Positions 53,557 to 64,000 of a stretch of DNA of 64,000 nt are shown one piece after another (position 1 is the first letter of the stretch; every line of letters starts with the position of its first letter). Under the pieces are notes generated by a model. It ran no database searches. It was not told the DNA's origin and worked only from the letters and a program-made list of their open reading frames with translations. The DNA is from Malacoraja senta (lineage: Eukaryota): positions 2,728,001-2,792,000 of the forward strand of contig CM075989.1 in the NCBI GenBank assembly GCA_038087875.1, written 5' to 3'. The translations under genes were made by a program, and so were the position numbers.

Positions 53557-54654
53557 CCCCTGTTGCTGGTGTGCTTTAGCCAACCTACATTGTGCATGCA
53601 CTGCCCATCCCCAGAACTGGAGCGGGAAGCGAGACATCCTGGGCCTACATGGGCTGCCCAGAAACGTTCAGTCATTTGTTCAATGTTGATAGAAGAAGTA
53701 TGACTATAAATCCAAAATGAAAATTAATCTGCCGTGGAGGCATCAACTCCCATGAGCTGAGAAAAGACAATGAATAGGAATCTTCTGAGCGATAACTACA
53801 TGAATAATGCAGGCTGTTAGATTGATGCCAATGGATTAAAAGATGTGAAAGTCTTCTACTTACAGTACTAATGAAGTATTTTGAAGCTTAAATTCTAATG
53901 TAGGAAAAACCGGAACCAATCCTGCGCTCTGTCTGGCCCATTATCAATATAATAATAAATAGATCATTATTGTTTTATTGCATTGCTTATTGGGGAATAA
54001 AGATGGTTCAGAATATTGAGAAGAACTTCCTCATCCTTCTTATAGTCCATTGAGAGTGTGGGAAGGGCACAGGGTGGTGAATCTGTGGAATTCATGGCCA
54101 CAGAAGGCTGTGGAGGCTAAGTCAATGGATATTTTTAAGGCGGAAATTGACCTATACTTGATTAGTAAGAGTGTCAGGGAATATGGGTAGAAGGCAGGAG
54201 AATGGAGCTAGAAGGGAGAGAGATCAGCTATGAATGAATGGCGGAGTAGGCTTGATGGGCCCAAAATCCTAACTTTCTCGTTTAGTATATTGTTTACAGA
54301 GTACCATGTTTACATATTCTTGCTGTGCTGTTGCAAGTAAGAATCTCATTGTTCTGTCTGGGACATATGACAATTTTGACTCTTGCTCCTAGAACCTATG
54401 AACTTATGAAGAAGTATTTTTTGAAAGGCAGAACCTCCAGCAGTTCAGTCATCTTTCAGAATGGTACTGGAGTGGTGAGATAGTTTACAGTCTATACTGA
54501 AGACTCGAGAGTGGGATCTGAACCCACACATTTATGACTCATATGAAAGTGCCGCCAATTAAGTTGTGGATGAACATGGAACACAGAATATACAACAGGA
54601 CAGCACGGGAACAGGCCCTTTGGCTCACAATGTCCACACTGAATATGATACATG

Positions 54655-54930
54655 TTCAAGGTGAAGGGGAAAAGATTGAATAGGAATCTGAGGGGGTAAC
54701 TTTCTCACACAAAGGCTGGTGGGTGTATGGAACAAGCTGCAAGATGAGGTAATTGAGGCTGGGACTATCCCAACTTTTAAGAAACAGTTAGACAGGTTCA
54801 TGGATAGGACAGGTTTGGTGGGATCTGGACCAAGCACAGGCAGGTAGGACTAATATAGCTGGGACATGCTGGCCGGTGTGGGCAAGTTGGGCCAAAGGGC
54901 CTGTTTCCACACTGTATCACTCCATGACTG
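54655..54930 (+). mobile_element. CR1-type LINE 3' fragment
   Basis: Same family as 37952-38252. Confidence 0.8.
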
Positions 54931-56586
54931 AACTTCCCTGATTAGATTTTGTTTCTGCTCTGTACCGAGTTATCTGGCAGTGTTGGGCCGATATAGCTTA
55001 CAACCCAGCAGTTTTTGATCATGGCACAGTGGCTTTGGAGCGTTCTCTTGCAAAGGCATCCTTCGAGGACAGGGACTGGGTTCTGCTGAGTCGCCAACTA
55101 TTGTTTAATGGTTTTTCTGCACGTGTCTGAACTCAAAGATGACAAATGGCCAGGCAAGATGGCACACCAGCTGTGGATCGAGAACAGAGGCAGGAGCAGT
55201 GAGAGGGAGGTTGATTCCGACAGAGGAGGAACTATAAATGGAACCAGGCAAACACATGGCCAGATCTGAGCAAACTGTAGGAGAGTCACAAATCTATTTA
55301 TGTCAGTGTTCTGAGTAACCATAAAAGTTATATATTACACACACACGCACACTTATATATAAACATACAAGCACACACACATTATATATATATATATATA
55401 TATATCTGCAAACAAACTTATATATAGCCTAAACACAATTATCCCCTGGATAGCTGTTTTAAGAACAATGCACTCTAAATGTTTCTTCTGAGTCCTTAAA
55501 CTGAGCCTTAAAATTAAGCAACATTCAGAATTTGTGTTCTCTGTTCCACAATAGAAATCATTTGTCTTTTGAAAACTGTAGAGGTCGCGGAGTGTTCTTT
55601 TATAGGCTGCAGACTCAAATCCCAAGTTGTTTGTGACATTTTTAACTGTGCCCTAGATTTCACTACTAGATTTTTCTACTGTAAGGTAGGAGGAGATTCG
55701 ACAAAGAGGCTGCCTTTTTAAACAATGCAAACTCTGATTCTTCCCTCACAGACACAGGGAAAGATTCAAATCAGACTACAGGGTTTGTATAAGAAATAAA
55801 TTTAAGTAACAGAATACACAAATTTGAAATGTATTGTGCATTGAAATGATCGTACCACTAATTGTGGATTACCAAACTGATTTCAGATGAACAAAATCTC
55901 TCATTCTTCTAAACCAGGTATGGTGATGTTAAAAGCTATCTTTACTCATCTTTACTCTAAAGTGAGAACTAACATTTAGCTTGACCTCGAGATCACAGAA
56001 TCACGGAATGACACAGAAAGCAGTCATTTGACGTATTGTGACTGTGCAAACCTCTTGGATGATTGCAACCGTTACAGCAGTTTTACTTGCCGGTTCTTTT
56101 ACCATTTCAAGAATTCATCCAGCTCTCATTTATTGAATCTGCCTCCACCCTTTCACTTTTCTTCATGGTTATTGAACCACCACCACCATCTATCTAGTAG
56201 CCCCAGAAGAGTGGAGAAGGCCAGGGAATTCCAGAGTTCAGACCTGGTGAAGATGAAGGAATATCGAGGCATTTCTAGGTCAGGATGATATGGGACTTGG
56301 ACGGGAGTCTGCAAGTGTGGTGTTCCCGTGTATCTAATAGACAGTCTGATGAGATGTGGAAATCATCATCAGGTCAGCCCGCAACCCAGCCATTGTTTTG
56401 TAGGAAGGAACTACAGATGCTGGTTTACACAGAAGATAGACACAAAATGGTGGAGTAACTCAGCGGGACCTTGTAACTTGTATCCTGCACCTTCCGATAG
56501 GTCCACCAGGGATTATACTGGAATTGGACAATTTTATACTCGACATTTTTTAAAACATTAATCAAGGCAATTAACCTACAAGCCTG

Positions 56587-57431
56587 GTACACAAAAATGC
56601 TGGAGAAACTCAGCGGGTGCAGCAGCATCTATGGAGCGAAGGAAATAGGTAACGTTTCGGGCCGAAACCCTTCTTCAGACTGATAGGGGGTGGGGAGAAG
56701 AAAGGAAAAAAGGAAAAGGAGGAGGAGGAGCCCGAGGGCTGGGGGAGGGGAGGAGACAACCAGATGGCTGATGAAGGGGAGGGGACAGCCAGGGCTAGCA
56801 GAATTGGGAGAATTCAACGTTCAGGCCACCAGGATGTAGACTGCCCAAGCGGAATATGAGGTGCATTTCCTCCAATTTACGGTGTTGCTCGCTGTGGCCA
56901 TGGAGGAGACCCAGGACAGAGAGGTCAGATACGGAATGGGAGGGGGAGTTGAAGTGCTGAGCCACCGGGAGTTCAGGTTGGTTATTGTGGACCGCAATAA
57001 CCAACCTGAACTCCCGGTGGCTCAGCACTTCAACTCCCCCTCCCATTCCGTATCTGACCTCTCTGTCCTGGGTCTCCTCCATGGCCACAGCGAGCAACAC
57101 CGTAAATTGGAGGAAATGCACCTCATATTCCGCTTGGGCAGTCTACATCCTGGTGGCCTGAACGTTGAATTCTCCCAATTCTGCTAGCCCTGGCTGTCCC
57201 CTCCCCTTCATCAGCCATCTGGTTGTCTCCTCCCCTCCCCCAGCCCTCGGGCTCCTCCTCCTCCTTTTCCTTTTTTCCTTTCTTCTCCCCACCCCCTATC
57301 AGTCTGAAGAAGGGTTTCGGCCCGAAACGTTACCTATTTCCTTCGCTCCATAGATGCTGCTGCACCCGCTGAGTTTCTCCAGCATTTTTGTGTACCTTCG
57401 ATTTTCCAGCATCTGCAGTTCCTTCTTTAAC
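56587..57431. mobile_element. Penelope-like element insertion forming a long palindrome (GIY-YIG C-terminus on both strands)
   Basis: NQPELPVAQHFNSPSHSVSDLSVLGL...RKLEEMHLIFRLGSLHPGGLNVEF on both strands; arms 56586-56990 and 56992-57396; TSD aacctacaagcctg at 56573-56586 and 57432-57445. Confidence 0.93.
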
Positions 57432-58427
57432 AACCTACAAGCCTGTACGTCTTTTGGAATGTGGGAGGAAGCCAACCCACGCAGGTCACGGGGAGAACGT
57501 ACAAACTACGTCCAGACTTCGCCCGTAGTACAGCATTTTGCTGTAAGGCAGCAACTCTGCGCCAGTGGGACAGGCAGCATCTCTGCAGAAAAAGGAATAG
57601 GTAAAGAAAATGAAACCTATTCATTTTCTCCAGAGATGCTGCCTGATCTGTTAAGTTACTCCAGCGTTTTGTGTCTATCCCAGCCATTGTCGACATCTCA
57701 GGAGGGGATCATTGGGAGGGAGATCTACAATTGTCATCAACAAAAATGTAAGTTTTGATTCTCTACTGTAATGTGCAGAGTTTTAATGCAGTCGATGCAC
57801 TACCAACCATTCAGTTGAAAGATGAATTCACTACGAGTTTTCAATGGGACTTGCAAACGGAAAATAGGATATGTATCGCTGGAGAAACAAGGAACTGCAG
57901 ACGCTGGTTTACAAAAAAGTGTACAAAGTGCTGGAGTAACTCAACAGGTTAGGCAGCATCTCTGAAGGACGTGGATAAGTAACGTTTCAGGACAGGATCC
58001 TTCTTCACATCCAAAGCATCATCTATTCATGTTCAATGTTGCCGCCTGACTCACTGAGTTACTCCAGCACACTGTGCATTTTTTTTCAGCTGTATCATAC
58101 TCCTTTCTGGGTTCATCCCATGGGACCCTGAAAGTCTCCAATAAATTATCTTTCAATTCCTATTGCACTGAATGAGAAGTTGCTGGAGTGTTATCACAAT
58201 GGTCCAGCAATACATTGTTTCTCCCTCACTAACAGGATCTATCTTTGGGATGAAGATGAGTTGGGTTTAAAACAATTATCTTCTCAATGATGAAATGGCC
58301 ACAAGGTGATAGTCCTAATCCTGATCCTGTAGAGTAGGATCCAAAAGTCAAAAACACCATGGACTTACTAAAACAGAGCCCGATTCTGAAAGATGGAGAG
58401 TCAAAACAGAGAATGACATCCTATTTT

Positions 58428-58810
58428 TTAAACCGAAGATAGATACAAAAAGCTGGAGTAATTCAGCGGGTCAGGTGGCATCACTGGAGAAAAGGAATAG
58501 GTGACATTTTGGGTCAAGTTCTTTCTACAGACTGAGAGTCAGGGGAGAGGGAAATGAGAGATATAGAAGGTACATGGAACAGATGAATGAAAGATATGCA
58601 AAAAGTAAAGATGATCAAGGAAAGATGGAGCCCACAATGGTCCATTGTTGGCTGTGGGGTGGGTGATAACGAGTTATACAGTCAGTGAAACTCGACAGGA
58701 CGACAGTGAAACTAGTACGACAACTAGGGTGGGGGAGCGACGGAGAGGAAGGGTTACTTGAAGTTAGAGAAATCAATATTGGTACCGCTGGGTTGTAAGC
58801 TGCCCGAGCT
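58428..58810 (-). mobile_element. Penelope-like element 3' fragment
   Basis: Minus strand GSLQPSGTNIDFSNFK*, followed by the same UTR as 21410-21710. Confidence 0.8.
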
Positions 58811-58870
58811 TGCCTCTTCTTTTGTTATCTAAGCTCCCATGAATGCCCTTGGGCAGAGGCAGACTTGTGC

Positions 58871-59188
58871 TTTTAGTTTAGTTTAGTTTAGTTTAGAGAT
58901 ACACTGCGGAAACAGGCCCTTCGGCCCACTGTGTCCGCGCTGACCAGCCATCCCCTCACATTAACACTATCCTACACCCACATTTTTACATTTACCAAGC
59001 CAATTAACCTACAAACCTGTACGCCCTTGGAGTGTGGGAGGAAACCAAAGATCTCGGAGAAAACCCACGCAGGTCACGGGGAGAACGTACAAACTCCGTA
59101 CAGACAGCACCCGTAGTCAGGATCGAACCCGGATCTCCGGCGCTGCATTCGCTGTAAGGCAGGAACTCTACCGCTGCGCCACCGTGAC
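58871..59188 (-). mobile_element. HE1/V-SINE, near full length
   Basis: (tttag)n tail through ctaccgctgcgccaccg. Confidence 0.88.
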
Positions 59189-60765
59189 CAACATGCCTGT
59201 TGCTGTTATCAGGATCTCTGTCTGGATACAGGGTTTTTACACACTTTTGTCACTTGAGGAGCCCTAAGCAAAGGGCTGAGTGCATTCCTCTGGACTAGGA
59301 TACACTCCCAACTTACTCTGATGCGATCCAAGTTGACATGGGGGGAAAGAGCAGTATTCTCTTGAATGGCTTCTGTCAAGGCCATTCATCTATCTCTTCA
59401 AGCCACTGTGCAAATCACAGCATTAGTTGGTTTAATGACAGTCACTGTGAAGGCTCTGGCCAGGGTTGACTTCTCAAAATGCAACACCTCACATACACCT
59501 GCATTAAACTCCATTAACCTTTCCTCAGCCCACTTGCCCAACTTTTAAAGATCCTGCTGTAATTTTTGATAACCACATCCTCTATCTATGATACCACCCT
59601 TTTCAGTGTCATCTCAGACACACCATCTCAGGCTGCCAGTCCAAAATGCAACCTTCCACCATCACCCTCTGCTTCCTTCCATGAAACCAATTCTCCATCC
59701 AGTCGGCCAGCTCTCCTTGATTGTCATGGGATCTCACCTTCCAGAGCAGCCTAACATGCACTTAGACACAAAGTGCTGGAGTAACTCAGCGGGTCAGGCA
59801 GCATCTCTGGAGAAAAAGGATGGGTGACGTTTCGGGTCGGGACCCTTCTTCGGACCCGCATGCTAGTTAACATGCAGAACTTGATCAGGTTCTACCATTG
59901 TGACGATTAGATTTGTTAGTTGCTTGGAACCAAAGCAATGTGTTGGGCTGTACAAGAAGTTTGAGGCAAGCTCCTTGGAGTAGATTGCAAACCGACTGAG
60001 AGAAGAGGAGAAGGAAACAAAAAACAAGACCAGCTAAACATTAGTCCATGTTCCAGGACCAGTTTAACCCCTTCACAGCAGTTTACCTGACAGAACGTTT
60101 CAGTGAGAATATAAATCAAATACACGTCAACTGAGATTAAAGTGCAAGAATCAAAAAGCAAATGCAGTTCCAAGCAAGCACTTCCTCCAAATTAGTACCT
60201 TCAGACAATGATGAGTAATTTGTTGAGTCAGCATAATTATAGCGGGCAATTGACAATGTTGATTTCACCCACCTTTAAGCTGGTAAACCATTTTGTACAA
60301 ATAAATAATTGCTTATAATGCATTTTGAACCCTTCCATTAGCGACACCTCCTTTCCAATGACAGATGGCAAACATCTTGTGTTCACAGCCTGACTGATGT
60401 CTGACTCACTGTGGGTAAGGATTCACAATGAGCAGTTATTGAAGCAGTTCCATTTTTTAAATGATGCAATTCTACAGTGTCCTGTATAGATCCTGCTGCA
60501 CACATGGACCATGGAGATCTGGGAACAAGCTAAGTACTCCACACTTAGAGAGCACCCTGCACGAGACAGGATGAGTTCCAAATGAATAAAGCTCGCTCTG
60601 TTTTATCCAGGAAAGGACATGAAGATTAATGACAGCACAAGCTAATTATAGCGTTAAACTTTTTTGACACTGTCCCATCAATAATACCATTCAATAGATT
60701 TCAGACCTCTCAGTGGAACGCTATCACACATTCCTCAGTGCGGTACAGTGCTGCTGATATTTAGA

Positions 60766-61049
60766 GGCACAGTGGCACAGCGGTAGAGTTGCTGCCTCAC
60801 AGCGCTAGAAACCCGGGTTCGATCCCGACTACGGGTGCTGTCAGTATGGAGTTTGTACCTTCTCCCTGTGACCACGTGGGTTTTCTCTGAGATCTTCGGT
60901 TTCTTCCCGCACTCCAAAGACATACAGGTTTGTAGGTTAATTGGCTTGGTAGAAATGTAAATTGTCCCCAGTGTGTGTTGTACGGGGATCGCTGCTCGGT
61001 GCGGACTCGGTGGGGCGAAGGACCCGTTTCCCCAAAATACTAAACTAAA
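60766..61049 (+). mobile_element. HE1/V-SINE
   Basis: ggcacagtggcacagcggtagagttgctgcctcacagc head. Confidence 0.86.
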
Positions 61050-61654
61050 AGTACATGGGTCCACCATTCACTACCAAGTTCGCCCCAACACCAGAAGCAA
61101 TAGATTCAATCTCCTGTGTTATTTCATTGTGCGCTGTCAGATTAGTTACACCACAGGAGAGATTTAGAGTCAAAGCCCTTCAATTCTATTCTGACAATCC
61201 ACTTTAACTGACACCCATTGAAAAGCATCTCTCTAATTACCTTCCCAGCAATCCCAGTTTACAGTCATTTGCTCCACATTTTGTAGAGTGGAGACTTTGG
61301 AAACAGAGCTTTTGAGGCAATGAAAGGAAGATATTTTCACACCCATTCTAGGAGGGAGAAAAACAAGACATTTGAACAGGATGGGAAAGGCTTATGGGGA
61401 TATGGGCCCAGCATGGGCAACTGGGACTAGCTTGTCTGGGGCATCGTGTCAGCATGGACATATTGGCACAAAGGGCCTGTATCCGTGCTGTATGATGCAA
61501 TGACTCTATGAGTGAATGACAAACCTGGGTGCAGAAGTGGCAGTGGAATCCATAATGTCTCGTGTCTCACTCACTCGTAAACCAGCATCTGCAGTTTCTT
61601 CCTACACTTTTACAATGGGCACTTTACACACACTATAAGGATGATATCTAAATG

Positions 61655-62395
61655 TGAGACATATCTCCAACGCTTCTGGCAAACCTCCGCAGATGCACAG
61701 TAGAAAGCATACTGTCAGGTCGTATCATAGCTTGGTTTTGGAACAGCTCTGCCCAAGACCACAGGGAATTGTGGAGAGTTGTGGATGTAGCCCAGTCCAT
61801 CACACAGAGCAGACTCCCCACCATTGTAGATGTAGCCCAGTCCATTCTAGTTCCCACCATTACCTCCCTCTGCACTTCACACTGCCTCAAAAAAGCTGTC
61901 AACATTTTCAAAATCTTGTCCCTCCCCAGTCATTTCTTCTTCTCCCTGCTCCCGTCAGCAGAAGACACAGAAGCTTGAATGTGTGTACTACCAGTCTCAG
62001 GAAGAGCTTCTTCCTCTGTTATCACACTTCTAAACGGTCCTTCCATAAACCAGTGTACAGTTCTATTTTCAAAATGATCTCACTGCGGACATTGAACTTT
62101 TTCTCTGAAACTAGAGTCATAGAAAGTCACCCTGTAATACACCATGTAAACATGCCCTTTGGCCTAATTTGTCCATGCTGACCAAGATGCCCCATCTACA
62201 CTAATCCCACCAACCCACAATATGAACTGATACGCTATAATGTTGAGAAACAGTATTCTGCACTGTGTTATCTTTCCCTTCACTCTACTTATTGCACTTG
62301 AGTCTGTACTCATGGATAGTAATATCTAATTTATTACATTGCATGCCAGAGCTTTTGACTGTACTGCAACACAAGTGATAATAATAAACCTAAAC
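61655..62395 (+). mobile_element. Degenerate Rex1/Babar-type LINE 3' fragment
   Basis: RCTVESILSG.IIAWF, VVDVAQSITQSRLP, CLKKAVNIFK remnants. Confidence 0.7.
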
Positions 62396-62752
62396 ATGCA
62401 CCAACATTCAGTAAGATCATTGCTGACTTCTGATCCAACTCCACACATCTGACCTTTTCTCGTAGCACTTATTATTATTATTATTGGTTAACAAATGTCT
62501 ATTAATTTGACATTTAAAATGAGTACTTGGGCTGTCACTTGTCAAATTGTTGTAAATTGGCATCACGTCAGTCCATATCCATGTTTCCTAATATTGCCAG
62601 CACCTTCAGTTTAGTTTAGTGTAGTTTAGTCTAGAGATACAGCGCGGAAACAGATACTTCGGCCCATGGAGTCCGCCAGCAATCCCCGCACAATAAACCA
62701 TCTACACTGGGGACAATGTTTACATTCATACCAAGCCAATTAAGCTACAAAC

Positions 62753-63505
62753 TCATACTTACTTTATTAGCCAAGTATGTTTTGCAACATATGAGGAATT
62801 TGATTTGCCATACAGTCATACTAATAAGAAGCAACAGAACACACAAAATACATTTAACATGAACATCCACCACAGTGACTCCTCCACATTCCGCACTGTG
62901 ATGGAAGGTGAAGGAAATTTCAATCTCTTCCCTTCTTTATCCTCCAGCGGTCGGGGGCCTCTAACCTCCCGTTGACGGGACGATCTTACTCCCTTGGCCG
63001 GTGGCGGGCCTCGTCGTCAGGCCGATCAAGCTCCTGCATCGGGGGGGAATCTCAGCTCACCCACACCGGGCGATCTACCTCGGGTTGGGGCTAGTCAACC
63101 ATGCGGCTTCCGGAGCTTCCAGACTCGGTCTCTCACCGAGACCGCGAGCCCTTGATGTTAAAGTCCGCAGGCCACGGTTGGAGCATCGATCCCAGGCAAG
63201 GGATCGGCTCCGATGGTAAGTCCATAGCCCCGCGGTGGGGCTCAAAGTCAGTCCCGTGCAAGGCCTCCAGCTCCACGATGTTAGGCCGCTGAACGATCGG
63301 AGATACGACCCGGAAAACAATCACATCTCCGGCAAGGTAAGAGATTGAAAAAAAGTTTCCCCCCAACACCCCCCCCCCCTGCCCACCCCCTACATAAAAC
63401 AAACCAGAGAACATTAACACAAACTTTTAAAACACACTAAAAATAACAAAAAAAGATGAAAAGGACAGACAGACTGTCGGCGAGGCTGCCATCGGAGGGC
63501 CACCC
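62753..63505 (-). mobile_element. Unclassified ~0.75-kb GC-rich retroelement nested in a minus-strand SINE (SINE parts 62607-62752 and ~63515-63672)
   Basis: SINE sequence is interrupted at ctacaaac and resumes tgtacgtctttgg; minus-strand aataaagtaagta end; related pieces at ~1590-1690, 3140-3360 and 3720-3910. Confidence 0.55.
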
Positions 63506-64000
63506 GGTGGAATTCTGTACGTCTTTGGTGTGTGGAAGGAAACCGAGGTTCTCGGAGAAAACGCACGCAGGTACAAACTCCGTACAGACAGCACCCGTAG
63601 CCAGAATCGAACCCGTAACTTTGGTGGGGCAAGCGCTGTAAGGCAGAAACTCTACCGCTGTGCCACCGTGCCACTGTGTGGTATCTCCACCATTCTCCAT
63701 TTTATATTATTGCTGAAAGTGCAGCCCTGGATCAACAAATGCAAAGGAAAGATTTATTTCCATATCCATAGGGATTTGGGCCAAAGGTAGGCAGGTGGGA
63801 CTACGTTAGTTGGTCAGCATTGAATAAGTTGGGCCAAAAGGCCTGTTTTCGTGCTGTCGTGACACTGATTTCTTGGTCCCTGACTTGGATTCTTCGATTC
63901 TAACCAGCCAAGTAATCATTGGTCATTCTAATCTTTAGTTAAGTCAATTTCTAATATAAAAATCAAGAGAGTGTCAACACTGGGCTTTGTAATGTAGACA

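Noticed and set aside
34963..64000. INSRR or another divergent gene upstream of the Trk exon
   Set aside because: No recognisable insulin-receptor-family or other host coding exon found by eye; small exons could have been missed

Overview
Repeat-dense vertebrate genomic DNA, most likely from a cartilaginous fish (skate/ray), inferred from about 25 HE1/V-SINE-type tRNA-derived SINEs and many CR1/HER1-type LINE ends. The only host coding sequence I recognise is the first coding exon of a Trk/NTRK neurotrophin receptor on the minus strand (ATG at 34414, phase-2 donor after 34211). As assembled it has a 1-bp frameshift, and the ORF track shows it only in the wrong frames. It lies in a CpG-rich island next to a 200-N gap. 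I found no exon 2, so 1-34210 is probably one long intron and the sequence beyond the gap is probably upstream/intergenic. The rest is nested transposon debris: L2, Rex1/Babar, CR1 and L1-type LINEs, Penelope-like elements (PLEs) with hammerhead-like cores and fold-back structures, PIF/Harbinger and hAT elements, and long microsatellites. Best leads: (1) three different Harbinger-type elements inserted at the same TTA in the anticodon region of the SINE head; (2) the frameshifted Trk exon of unresolved paralogue; (3) PLE hammerhead motifs, including an 811-bp near-perfect palindrome. Repeat boundaries were read by eye and are approximate unless a TSD/TIR is quoted.
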